A DNA stretch of 64,000 nucleotides from NCBI RefSeq assembly GCF_006345805.1, contig NC_043002.1:47740001-47804000 (forward strand). The letters run 5' to 3'. Numbering within the stretch: the stretch's first letter is position 1; each line of letters begins with the position of its first letter. This DNA comes from Octopus sinensis. Taxonomy: Eukaryota. Below the pieces are notes generated by a model, which was given only the letters and a program-made list of their open reading frames with translations, had not been told where the DNA came from and made no database searches. Both the position numbers and the translations under genes were made by a program. Positions 27,060 through 41,000 of the stretch are shown here, in pieces.

Positions 27060-28500
27060 CAAATTTCTACATTTAAGTTAACAACTGCTAATCTTGTCGC
27101 TGCTTTTATTACTGTTGTTATTGTTATTTCATCATCAACATCAATGTAGAACACTTTTACAAGTTGGCTTTGGTTAGATAGATCTATATCGTAATCCTAC
27201 ATTATTTCAAATGCAATACTCAAAAACAACTAAGATCTATATAAATTGCCTCAACTCAAATTTCTTTTATTTTTAGCCTGATTTTATTTTGTCTACTAAA
27301 ATCTTACTAAAATGTCGCATGAATCATCCATTTTTATATTTACTTTCCCAATTCATTTGCACTGAAAAAATCTCACTTAAATTTATGTTCAATATTCAAT
27401 AAAGCCACTGAATTATTCTCATCTTTTGTAATTGTAAGCCCAATATTGTGTGACTCAATGTCATAGCATTACAGTTTTGATCCATGCATTATATCACATA
27501 TCTTTTAGAAAGCCACCAAGACAAGAATTATCAAAATATCTTTCCACCTGCCAGTAACCTAAAGATTTTACTTACATGAGACTCACTTCCAGTTCCAATT
27601 AGACAGAGTGGATATTTTTCAAATACTGGTTGATCATACTGATTTAATTACGGATTAGTTGTTGAAAACTTCCAGCATTCTATACATGTCATTTTATTGC
27701 AATAGCTGCATTTAATTTCTTCTCTAATTCCTGCATCCAAGACTTAATCATTTTCTGTTGCCATTCTGCTCCAGAGACATTTTCTATATCAGTCATTGAC
27801 ATGTTTAAAATCATTTGACATGAAAACATTTTTCTACATTACAAGCTAATTTTACAGTTCATTAATTTACATTTGCATCAGAGGAGAGTTAAACCTAAGT
27901 TGTTAATGTTTCTTGTTCCATTATATGTACTGACTTCAATACAACCAAATTAACTTTGAAGTTGTACATGTCTAGCAAGTGACTTGATCTGAGATGGTAT
28001 ATCAAAAATGAAGCAACTGCATTGTACATGAGCCATTCTAGCCTTTTAATAACTCACTGCATCAATTTGTTGCCTTCACTTTTTTAGTCTTTCTATTACA
28101 GAGTTTATAAACTATTTCTCCCATTTGGATTTTATTTTCAGTTCAAGTGTTCTTAGTAGCTACCAGCTGTTAGCAAATCAAATAAAATGTTAATAGCACT
28201 GCATTCATTCCAATAAGACATTAATGGCACTAAAATCAATTAGCTTTCCATTTTTTGCCTACTATAGGCTATGGCAATCAATTTTTAAGTAAAAAGTACT
28301 TGAAATTATATAAACTTTTACATTTGAAAACATATCTAAGTGACATTTGATTTATTTAATATTTAATTTTTACTCATGCTTGTGTTTTTTAAACAGTATT
28401 TTGTGCCAATATATAAAGACAGGAGAATTGTTAAAAACTGAGTGATTAGGATGCAAATTAATTTTGTTTCATTTCTAGTTTTGGAATTATAACTATATAA

Positions 28501-28921
28501 CTTTTATTTCTCACTTATTACAGTCAATGGACTGTAGCACCTACACCTGCTGGGGTCCACCGACAAGGGATTTTGTCAAACAGATTAACCCCAGTACTTA
28601 TTGTTTGAAGTTTGGTACTTATTCTAATGGTATCTTTTGCTCAACTGTTAAATTATGGGACCATAAACAGACCATCATCAGTTGTCAAGTGGTGGGATGG
28701 ATGAACAAACACAGGCACAAAGATATACCAATACACACACACACACACACACACACACATATGACAAGCTTCCACACAATTTTCATCTCTGAAATTTACT
28801 TACAAATCTTTGGTTGACCTGGGGCTATAATAGAAGATACTTGCTGAAGATGCCATATGGTGTGGTTGAACCCAAAACGTCATGATTCCAAAGTGTGCTT
28901 CTTAACCACACAGCCATACTT
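28501..28921 (-). mobile_element. Older tRNA-derived SINE copy
   Basis: Degenerate but colinear with 5373-5791. Confidence 0.75.
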
Positions 28922-30113
28922 ATGTACAAAAGATATACAAAACATGTATGCATATTGGCATGATTCAGAAAAAGGCCTTGATATACAAAAAGACTGGATG
29001 GTCTTTGATCATAGTTATGTTTGATTGAGACTGGCAGGAGGCTAAATAGCATGCATGTATAGAAATAAATCCACAACTTTGAGATTAGTATGTATATAGA
29101 AGGGTGCTAAAATAACAGCTAGTATTGTCAAAAGCTTTATGGTAAAGAAGCAACACACTGCTTGTCAACAAAGGTGAATAGGTTTTATTCCCAGAAGGCA
29201 CTTCCATTTTAATCTTTTTCCCCATTTCTGTAGTACACAGGCACCAAAGCAACTTTAAGAGTTGCAAACAGACAGAGATTTACTATTCAGTAGTTGCTTA
29301 TAGATCAATGAAATATATATAATATATATAAATTTGCTTATTATTATTATTATTATTAGAATTTTATTAGCATACCTTGTCTTACCTATGCAAGCATGGA
29401 AAGGAGGATGCTAAAACGATGGTGATGACCTTATATGATAATTAACAAACAAAATACCATCATATTTTAGCATTCAAGGAATAGAACATTATATACATGG
29501 GAAAGACACAGAGACATGTTACTCCCTAAGATTATTCCTGTAATAGATTCTTAATAGCTGCTTTACCCACTTGTTTTGGAACAATAATCATTTTCTAAAT
29601 TCATTAACTTAAGTATTATTTATTTAAATTAAATCATTGAATGTAGAATTTAAGTGAAACAATAATTTTTCATTACACATCAGAAATAATATATGCTTCC
29701 AATTTAGATCTAACCTATATCATATACAATATACTGAAGTAAAGCATGCAATATACTTGTATTTTTACCTTTACCTCGCATGCAATACATCTTCACAATT
29801 TATTTCTGCATTACAAGCTTTGTTTCTGTTAATTTAAATGCTGTTTGAGAATATACAATAATTTATCACAAGAAATGCTATTCCTACTGTGTATACATGT
29901 AAAGTTACTTCATGTGCAATCTCTCCATAAACAACTTCATTTTATTATCCATTTGCCATATATATCATATCACATATAATGACAGGAAAATTTATAATTA
30001 TGCATTTTGTTTTAACTTGTGTCACCTTTATACACTATTTTTTCACTGGTTAGTTTTAGTTGATTACTCAGAATATTATCTCCATATATATATACATGTA
30101 CACACACACACAC

Positions 30114-30189
<76 letters not shown>

Positions 30190-30468
30190 CACATATATGC
30201 ATTTGTACAGGTGTATGTGTGTGTATATGCATGACTTAAACTATATATATATATATTTAAAATTCTAGTTTCCATCTTTCTAATTTAGAGAATAAAAGAA
30301 TAAAATTTCTTTCTTCCCCCTTAGTTTCTGCTCAGTGTCACAATTATTGACAATACATCATTGTTAATAAAAGTGATATGAATGAATCCTTTTCAAATTT
30401 AGAAATATTACTTTTCTCTATTCACACACACACATACTATATATAGTATGTGCATGTGTTTATTCACA

Positions 30469-30509
<41 letters not shown>

Positions 30510-30536
30510 TTATACGCATGTAAGATTACATTCTCC

Positions 30537-30579
<43 letters not shown>

Positions 30580-32149
30580 ATAATGGTAACATTTTCAGTA
30601 TTGGACAATCTAAATTTGACAATTTTTCTGGCATAGATCTCATGAAAACTGCACCGAAGCTTTATGAATTCTATGACTAGAGAAAAGAGAACAGTTGAAA
30701 AATCAATGGTTAAGAAATATTTCCCAAGAGCATGCAAGTCACAAAATTGTACATGAATCAATAAGTTCCTAAGTTAGACTTTTTCTAAAGCCATTATTTA
30801 TTTAACTAAAAGTAAATGGAAATGCATTTTCAATTAGCAACACGTCACTACTTCCACAAATCCTGAGCAAGATATATTTTCTCATTTTCAAAAGACATGA
30901 AATGTTTAACATAAGTAAAAGAAACTTAGATATTTTTCTATCCCCCTATGAAAAATATTTCAGAAATTCTCTTTAATCATATTTTACTGTAGAAAATATT
31001 ACATTTTGAAGATGTGGGGCTATTAAGTTGCAGTTATAAACTAATTTGCTAGACTTTAATACTTCAAGATATTTTTAGAAAAATTTTGAAAACAAACTGC
31101 TATTCTAGATATAACAAAACTACAAATATAAAAGTGGTAAATGAATATATATCTTTGGCAAGGATAAAAATGGAGCATATGGTGATGTGAGCAGTTATTT
31201 TATCTATAAATCTCATTTGATTTCAGTTGTTCACCCCGAGAAAGTTTAAAACCATAAAGAGCAGCCATTTTAAATCAAAATAATTCCACTCATTTTTTTT
31301 TATGCTGTACACTTTGAAGATTCTTTAAAGAAAGCTAAAGTTAAACACTATTTTATGTTATAGAATTTATAAAAATGTAAAACTTCCAAAATCATAAAAT
31401 TTTATGTAATTCTATACCTAATGTTTAATGTAAAAAATACAATGGCTTACAAAAATTCCAAAATACATATTGTGATGAAAACTGAAAAGAAGAATCAAAA
31501 TAAAAAAATAAAATTCAAATTTAAAGATGAACATATAAAAGAATTAGGAAGCTGACTCATAAATAAATGGTTAATAATAAAAAGTATAGAGGATATAAAT
31601 TTGTTGAAAAAGCAGAACACATTTAAAAAATAACATTGAAAATACAAAAAAAAATCTTGACAGGTTTGATTGGTTAACACATAAATTTCATGAGTGACTT
31701 AGGTGATATATTTTTGAACAACATTTTTATATAAATATTGTAAATATTTTCTTAATCAGAACAAAGAGGACATAAAAAGTGAGTCAAGATATATATATAT
31801 GATAGAGTAAAGATGAGATTAATTTCTCGCTTAAAAAATTATTGTAGAATTGAGGCTGTCGCAGCTATGCAGATTTTAAAATAAATCTGATAATGGGAAA
31901 TATGTGACAAAGTGAATCAATTCATTTTAAATTTGGGGGGTTTTATTATTATTATTATTTTTTTTTTTTTTGTTGGTATTCTGAAAGATATATTTTAAAG
32001 ATAAATATTTTGATATTTTGTTAGCATGTATTTTAATATCATTCATAACTCTTGATCTGGAAATTATTAAAATACATTGCTTCATGTTTAAAGCTATTTT
32101 CGTATATATTAGCACTACACCTTGAGAAGAATATACTCTGGTAAATCAT

Positions 32150-33000
32150 TTACCATACAAACCAGGTACTTCTTTCCAATCTAGACAATTACATTATTCT
32201 TTTTTTTTTGACATGCCATCACATTTTTAGACTTATATTAAGATCATTTTGCAGAGGTAGCCTGCAGTAGACAAACTCCACAGTTTGAAGAAGTCTTCCA
32301 CAAAATTAGAAATTGCTCCTTCACTAATTTTACAATATTTTTTAGAGAGAGTACAAATACCATATTAATCTATCAAATATATTTAGGGATAAAGTTCAAG
32401 CTTTTAATGCCTTAAAGTCAATTTGAAATATTTGTCTCTTAAAAATGGAATTCTACATTAAAGCTACAAAAACTTAATTTCACTTTTGTTACCAATTGTG
32501 CGTGTAGATATTTATTAGTATCTGTTTCAGTCTGGATCTAAAAATAACAAGAAACTGAGACAACTGTTATAATTCAGCTGATGAAAATTACTTTAAAAAA
32601 ATAGTGATGCCATGCCATTGTTCATGAAAGGTTGCAAATAGGTAGAATGTCAATGATGTACAAGAATCACACTAGATCCTCTATATGGTTTTTCAATCTG
32701 CTAAAAATAGCAACTAAGTCTTCCTTAAATCCCACCTTACTAAGTATGTAGGATTTGTCCTTCTTATATATTTAATTACTGGTTCCATCAATCAATGTTA
32801 AGAACAGCAACAACAATTTTCCTTTTTTATTTGAACTCTTATATATCTTGTAAATCGGTTTTGAAAGTCCTGAGACAAACACAGTGCTGCCATGGAAGAT
32901 ATATCTACAGATGAGGGTGCAGAATATTCAGTTTGGAGTAATTTCAAAATTTCAAATTTCTCAATTAGCATCTCTATTGAGAGGGATAGTACAGTTTGGT
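32150..33000 (-). mobile_element. Probable decayed LINE (CR1/L2-like) 3' relic
   Basis: Recalled resemblance to a LINE 3' end; no intact RT motif was seen. Confidence 0.3.
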
Positions 33001-36000
33001 GAAAACTGTAAATATTTGACAATTTGAGTATTTAGGTATGCTGAAGTGCCTGGTGGCTTATATTGACTGAAAAACTGTGTTCAGGTTGTGGCATGATACA
33101 TTATGAAGATTGTACTGTCAAACTTTTTTGCTAAGGATGATTAAGTATCCTGTCTCTCTTGGTGATGCAGACAAAGAGATGAGACAGTGGATATAATTTA
33201 TTGCAGATTCTGCAAAATGATTGCAAAAAAATTTAAAATTTGAAAGTGTGGTACAAATAGAGTAAAAATGACTAAATGGAGCCTAATCTTCTGATGTCTC
33301 AGATGTTCAGAAGTGACTGGCAGCTGGAGATGTCATGAAGTGAAAGTCATAAGCTGCTTAGATAGTTTGGATGGAATTAGTAGTTAAGGTCAACTACAAA
33401 GATAATATGATTCAAACTGCCAGTAGTTTTTTTTTTGGTGAAACATTTGTAAGAAAGAGCAAAAAAAAACGATCATTGATATTATTTCTAGTATTGGAGT
33501 CGCTGTTATAATTATAGAGATAATGTTGCTATTAATAGCAGAAATAGATAAGTTACCAGACACTATTTTAGGAAACATGGGCTTCAGTCTACATCATTCT
33601 TTTGTTAGTGAGTTATGTACTCCACTGCTAAGTCGCAATATTACTTCTTTTCTTTTGTTGATAAAAAAAGTGGAGTATGAAGTGTTTATGTATTTCCTTA
33701 GCTAGAGTATATCATGTTGCTGTATCATTATTCTTCACTTTATATTCTTAAGTGTTGAGTTTTGTCACTGATGGTACACTTAAATGTAATTGTCCTAAAA
33801 AGATTTATTTTAATGAAACTGTTTACAACACCATATTGCATTTTTAATTTCTAGACTTAAATTTTAGGGGTTAAATAAAATTAGAGATCTATTCTTTAAT
33901 ATATATGAAATATAAAAAAGTGGTAGTGTCCAAAGAGATAAGATATATGATTAAGACAAATTAAGAATTAACAACACAAATAAGCATCTGCAATGCTCAG
34001 AGCAAACAAAAACAAAAGGAAGATTTCATAAATAAAGAGAAAAGAAACCAAGTATGTAATACAAACATAGCTAGAAGCTAAAATGTTGGGAAATTGTTAA
34101 GACTTAATATTAAACTGGGTTGAATTTGGAAATATATCTAACAATGTTCTTTGAGTAACAATTTTGAAGACAGATTGTGTAGCACCATCAGGTAACTGGT
34201 ACCATTTTTGAAAAAAAAGCTTACCGAACTGATAATGATATCAATTGTAAAGATGAGTTCATAAAAGGAATAATTAAATCTTTTGTGTTGTTTCATCCAG
34301 ATTACAAAAGAATATTTGAAGATGACTAACTACAAAAACAGCTGCATTAATTTAATATTGACTTATTAATGCTATATTGACAAAATTATGTGTTGTGGTT
34401 TTCTCGAAATTAGACAGAAATAATTATCTGAAGGTTGAAGTTACATACTAGCACCAAAATGTTTGTGATACAATTAAGTATATATATATATATATAGATG
34501 TAGTATATAAAAAAAATGTTGCAAAGAAAACTCGAATTGTTATGCCAATAGTAACAATACAGAAATAAGTGTTGATAGTGACAAAGAAAAAAGTCTTTGT
34601 GAGTGTCTATAGAATGTTTTCATTGTGTTCGCAATGAATTGTGATAAGGTATTGTAATAAAAGAATGGGAAACAAAAAATTTACATTGAAGTGTATAAAA
34701 TTGTTATGGGTAATTTTAAAGTTCAAAGTGGGTTTAAGTTTGATTGATTCAATAAATTCAATCATAATTAATCTATAATAGTTGAAATTACAATGAAAAT
34801 AGATTAATAGTATAGAGGAAACAAAAACTTGAACCTAAGAAAAGTGAGTAGATATTAGTTTATACTGTTAAAGGGATTGTTATGGACTAAATAACATATA
34901 GCTAATAATCTAAAATATATTAGTTTAAAAAAAAAAATGCATAAAAATTTTATGCTAAAAGGTCAACAAATTATAACATCAAAAGCATTTGAAAGCATAA
35001 TGGACCAGAAAAAATTAGCAGTAACAACCATCATGATCAGCAGTTTTATTTTTAACATTTTCCATTAAGGAAAACCTTCAAATACAAAAGGTACATAAAA
35101 ATACATGAAATATAATTTTTAATTATAAAAAATATTTGGAAAATCGTTGGAATAAATATATCCATTTGAAATTATATATATATATATATATAATGTTGCA
35201 ATGTATTACATAACATATAACCATTTGAGTTTTTTTTAGCACTTTCCAGAAAAAGCAAGTAACATCATGTTTTATCCAAAAACGTAAGCATTTCAATTAA
35301 AGGCAAAACTAATTTAAGATGAAATCAATATTGAAGAATTGAGAGCAATGCTAAAAACAAAATTCACTGCCTACAGTAACAAAATTAATGCAGAAATGCT
35401 GCCATTTTAAGAAAAATATGCATTAAAATAACACTTTCATTTGGAAAATGTAAAGTCGTATGTTCAATGTCAGAAGGAAAATATAACAATCTGCATCACT
35501 AGCTCAGATGATAAGTATCATATTTACTTCAATAGCAAAAGGGTTATGCAAACTGAAAAGTTAGTAATGAAAGTTTAAAACTGCCTTGTAAAAATCTCTG
35601 TTCAGTTTTAGAAATCTTAGGATTAAAGTGAGTCTTAAATAGTAATGGGTACTTTGTAAAATTAATATTGAAATTTCAGGAAGGGAGTTTATAGTCATTC
35701 TACCATATATCCATTCTACTGTAACAATTAGTCAGTTTTACGGAGAGACTTTATAAAATTTGGTCAAAAGAATCAAATTAATTTCAGAAAATTTGGGATT
35801 ATATTTTCACTCTATAAAAATCACATTTATTCTAAGTACTAATTTATTTTTTATGAGTTGAAGTTAAATTAAACAACAAAATATTTACATTTAAAACAAT
35901 TGTTTTTAAACAATTTAAAACAATATAATGTGTTCTGATTTATCCTTTTACAAATTATAGTGGAATCAACAAAATGTCAGATTATCTATAACCACTAACT

Positions 36001-36406
36001 TGGGTATGTGATAAGTAATCTCATTTTTATTAGAAAAAAATATGAAATTGAGAATATAGATTACTAAATGTAAAATGCTTGTAGAATTATAACATTAAAA
36101 TTTTTTTTTCCTTCCAATATAACAACTTGGCTACATGTTTTTACACATTCCTAAAATAATTAGAAATTTAAAATAGTATTTTAATGTAGAAGCATTCACT
36201 TAAAAGCTTGATGATGTCAATGAAAGAATAAAAAGCATCTAGTTCACACACTTACTGTGTTTGGTGATAGGAAGAGCAGCTAGCTTTGAAACCAATGTCA
36301 AATCAAATATGTATCAAAGGAAAAATAAAACAAACTGCATTAATAAAACAAGCTTGTGAAATAAGTGCTGCATTAGCACACCATGATCATCATGAAGCAT
36401 GCTCAC

Positions 36407-36430
36407 CATTTTTCTTTTCCTCAAACATTT
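36407..36430 (-). CDS. Candidate 24-nt frame-preserving microexon of agrin (adds EMFEEKKN)
   Basis: The minus strand reads ...ttctcAttgttaccgcattcatacAAGCAG|aaatgtttgaggaaaagaaaaatg|GTGAGCATG. About 65 nt upstream are AG-free, a branch-like ctcAt lies at -25, and the exon is open in phase 1. There is no transcript evidence. Confidence 0.35.
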
Positions 36431-37471
36431 CTGCTTGTATGAATGCGGTAACAATGAGAAGTAAAATTATGCAAGTAACAAAGATGTGAAAACACATGTG
36501 ACTTATTGTATGTTGTATAAAACAGAGAATTGGAGAAAGAAAGAGAGAGGCTGGTGCGTATAGGTGAGAGTGCTTTTTAGTAGGTAATATGTTACAATAA
36601 GGAAGGCCTTTGAATAGCATATAATTATATGTATAAAGAGACAGAGATAGAAAGCTCATATACAGTAAAGAACATTTATAGATTGCTAAGGGAAACCTAA
36701 CCATTGTCTTGTATAAAGATGGAGTAGCTATCAAATTGTTCAGCTAGGTAATGGAGAGCACAGTAATTGGATAATAAGACAGATATGTTATAGAACAAAA
36801 TAGAGACAAGAAACAAGATTGAATGATGAGAAGAACAGAAGTAAAAGAAAAGATTACCTTGAGACTATGTAGAGAATCAAGTATTAGCTATATCTAGATG
36901 CAAAGAATATAAGTTTGCCAATCTTCTGTAAATGACAAGACCAGGGTCGTGGAGTGTTTTGAATTTTGAGGCATTGTATTGGAATGAATCGAGATTATTC
37001 AAATGAATAGTATGGCTAAATCAATATGGCATACTTGGTTTCAGCAACATTGAAAAGTCAAAAAACATAGATCAATTACAGTAACAGTATAAATAAGATG
37101 GGGAAATCTAGCCTCAGTAGCGAACAAAAATGGCACCAGTACATCTGAGTTGAGAATAGTGAGCAAAACAATTACAGGACACTGAAAGCATCAAAATGAG
37201 AGGCTTTCACACAGACTACATTCTTGGCTCAATAGATTGTTCAGGAAGATGTTATCGTATTACTGGAATAGATGGACTAAATTACAACAAGTATCAAAAA
37301 AAGATATGCTAGAGGGGGAAATGCTTGTAAGAAAAGTTATTGCAAAATATACAAGATACATATTGGATTTGTTTCATGACATGGAACCAGAGATTGTTTT
37401 GGGGGAGATAATTCCAAGTGTTGCATATGTGTGTGTGTGTGTGCTTGTTTGTATATATCTTTTATCATTTA

Positions 37472-37700
37472 CATTTTACTTGTTTCAGTCATTCGACTGT
37501 GGCCATGCTGGGGCATTACTTTGATGGTTTCAGTTTAAAAACTTCACCTTAGGACTTAGTTTTTGAAGCCTAGTATTTATTCTATAGGTTTCTTTTGCCA
37601 AACTGCTAAGTTACAGTGATGTAAGCACATCATTACTGGTTGTTAAGTGGTGGTGGGGAGAGACACACACATAGATATATACATATACATACATACATAT
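37472..37700 (-). mobile_element. tRNA-SINE 3' half
   Basis: The tail begins ttttacttgtttcagtcattcgactgtggccatgctgggg. Confidence 0.8.
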
Positions 37701-37719
37701 TTGTGTGTGTGTATGTATA

Positions 37720-37974
37720 TATTGGGTTGGTGCATAATTATTGTGGCTTTTTTTTCAACAAATTCTATTCAACAAAAACAATAACAATATTTAACAAAGA
37801 CATCTTTAAATGACAGTTTGATCATCTGCCAAGCAAATAGGAAGCAGTAAATGCAGTAGATAGTGAATATGCTCCAGAATAATCATTTAAAGATGTTTTT
37901 GTTACATGTTGTTATTGTTTTTGTTGAATAAAATTTGTTGAAAAAAGCCACAAAAATTATGCACCAACCCAATA
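37720..37974. mobile_element. Mariner-type MITE with ~93-bp inverted arms
   Basis: TATTGGGTTGGTGCATAATT occurs at both ends. The arms 37720-37813 and 37883-37974 differ by 5 substitutions and a 2-nt T-run indel. Confidence 0.92.
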
Positions 37975-37977
37975 TAC

Positions 37978-38008
<31 letters not shown>

Positions 38009-41000
38009 TGTATGTATGTATGTATGTATGTATGTATACATCATATATATGTATATATACACATTATTTTATATGTATATATACACATTATATATATATA
38101 TATACACATATATATGCATATATATACATTATACATATATACACATATATATGTATATATACACATTATATAAATATATATATATATATGTACACATATG
38201 TATAAATATACATAGATAGGTAGATAGATAGATAGTTATTGGTATAGATAAATAGGTTGATACACATACATTTCCAACCTTGAACTAATATTTTATCGTT
38301 CCACAACATAAATTGTTTACATATCTCATCATCCGGAATAAATCATTCGATGGCTTAGACTCTTTAGTTACTGCACAAGCAGCAATTTTTTAATGCATTG
38401 AAGCTGAATAAAAAATCTCAACTAGGTCAAGATTGCAATCTTTCAATACTTGGATATGCATGTGCATCCACTCATTTTAATTCCAAATTTGTTCTTCACA
38501 AGTTTAGAGTAGCCCTTGAAAAGCAAGAAGCCTTCACCAGGCTCTTATATTTTTAGTCTGATGAACAATGAATAAGCTAAATCTATGTTAATTGCTCCTG
38601 GAAATCATTCAGGAATACTATAAAGAGTGAAGATTGGCAATGAGGTCTGCAAGGAAGTCTATGGGAAATATTTACAGATAATTTTTTTCTTCAATCCTAT
38701 ATGCCATTCATCATCATAGTTCAGAAATGGATGTCTGTGAAATCTCTGTAAAGCAACAAGCTAGCTTTTATTGTAGAACCAATCAAAGAACTATAAAAGG
38801 AAGATATTTGAAACTTGAAAGTGTAGGCTAGTGGCAATGTATTTGAAGATGACACGACAGACAATAAGATTTTAGTAACAGTGATCACAAAGACATCAGG
38901 CAAATCACTTGCTACTTAGATGTAAAGTAGGAAGAATATGGATATTATGTTCTCAGGACAAGCAAAGGGTACAAATTTCTGGTAGATTGAAAAAGAGGAG
39001 GAGCATTGAATACCTTAAATGCACTGATGTAATGAACTTAATGAACATATAACAGGTGAAAACTATGTATTCCTTTGGTATCTTAATAAACATTCCTTTA
39101 TGAATGTACCTAAATAAAATCTGAGCAGAGCAAGTCCAGTGGATGGAGTTTGATAGAAGTGGAAGAAATTTAGGAAACAGTAATTCCTCCTGAAAATAAA
39201 GTTGTGATGCTCTATAGTAATACAACTTCACATTAAGTGCAAAGGGTCAAACATACTACGCTAAGGTGCCTAAATTACTGAGTAAAATGAGGTAGGAAAG
39301 CAGCTGTGTATCAAAGGGACATTGGAAAATACTGACATAGGAATCAAAAATAGACGTGTGGTGAGTTAAATTGTGCCATGATTTGGGAAGATGGTATACA
39401 TGAGAAACAATGCCAATATCATGCTTGAAAATTATATATATATATATATATTAGATCGTATGAGTTGAAATATGATAGAAATGGAATAATGATGAGGTTA
39501 ATTATATCGACAGTAGAGAGAAAGAGAGAGAAGGGAGCAGGGATTAATTATTTGATGATGGTTTCTCAAGATTTATGTCAACATTCTAAGCTAAAACTGA
39601 TGGAGGATAGAATATATTTAAATTGAATGAAACCACATTTTATGCCTTTGATAATTTTACTGCAAAATTCACAATTGTTTTGTTGTGAGTTGATACAATT
39701 TAGCCTTGAAACATTTGTTTCTCAAGAGAAGTAAAATAGAATAGGCAATGTTCAATATTCAGATAATGTAGGCAATTTGATGGATGAAAATGATCCCATA
39801 GAATTGAGTAGACTTATGTAATGAATAGAAATTAGGAAGCAGGTATACAATGTCAGTCCTATGTTATATAATTGAGTAAAAAGTTAGAATTTTTTGAGAT
39901 TGAGAGTAATGACCTGCATTCTTGTGAGACCTTAAATTGGTTTATATCATTGAAGAAAGCAAATTCTTTCTTATTTTACCTGTATGAATATGAAATGATT
40001 TTTGAGTAAATTCAGAGCAAGAGTGAAATTAAAGGAGGAATGCATCTAAGTTATTACAATCAATGAGTTCAAAGGTGGAAGTTTATTCTTCAAATACATT
40101 TTAACAGATGAATAGTTCTTTGAACCCCTCCCCACCAAAAAAAAAAGTTTAAAGAATTGGTTTCTTTTCAAGTTGCTTTGCAGTAAACTTAAAAACCTAA
40201 AGGATGATCTATTTGTTGAAGCAACTATTTGAACATGAAGATAGCAGATGGGAAATAAACTAAATTACTTGAGAATTAAAAATACAAAACCTTTGTAAAG
40301 AATGCTAAAGATAATGTTTCATGTTTTATTAGAAAATATGCTAAACATTCATTCAACTATTAATAAAGTATTTAGTTTTATTAAAGATACATTTTCAGTT
40401 AATGGTACACATTATTAAACAAGCTTTGATGATTATCAGAACACTAAAAACAATAAAAAGTTTCATAAATTGAAAAAAGAAGTTGTTAAAAATTGAATTT
40501 AGAAAAATCAATTTAAATTAATTTGATCCGGTAGCAGTATAGCTTTAAACAGAGTTTATTCATGAAGTATAATATTTATCATAAACAACCAAAAATGGAG
40601 AGGAAAACAAAATTTATTATGGTTTAAAATGAGGTTTCATTATAAGTTAGGAACAAGAAAATTTATATATTCTCATCTTAGGAACTTTCAAGTTATTTAT
40701 ATTTCTTTGATTATTTTCACCTATCTGAGTATTACAGCTAAGAAACAGTCTACAAGCATCTTCTTTAGTTTATAGTATAATACTAAGTTGGCAGTTCTTC
40801 TTTCTTCCTCTCCTTCCATGCTCTTCTTTAGTATGTGTGTATAGAAGGAGTGTGTGTGTATGTAGATATGTGTAGAGGGATGATTCAAGTGAAACAGACA
40901 AAATAAGCAACTGCATCTTTTTCTCAGCTTAGTTAACCAATTTATAATTTATTTTTTTATTATTTAATCAACAATAATCACCTTAATGTATGACAAAATT

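Larger units (their letters stand above)
36850..39330 (+). mobile_element. Very decayed RTE LINE interrupted by a SINE, a MITE and microsatellites
   Basis: Scattered relics occur in RTE order (a GCL*NL relic resembling GCPWELL near 38730, and gaagtggaagaaatttagg resembling WRKFR near 39160). Confidence 0.45.

Noticed and set aside
27568-27640. Tandem GTGAGT/GTAAGT donors with a possible 39-nt in-frame exon
   Set aside because: The acceptor lacks a pyrimidine tract and has a competing AG 13 nt upstream.
32798-33022. 74-aa minus-strand ORF as an agrin exon
   Set aside because: It has no follistatin Cys pattern or convincing splice sites, and it lies in a probable LINE relic.
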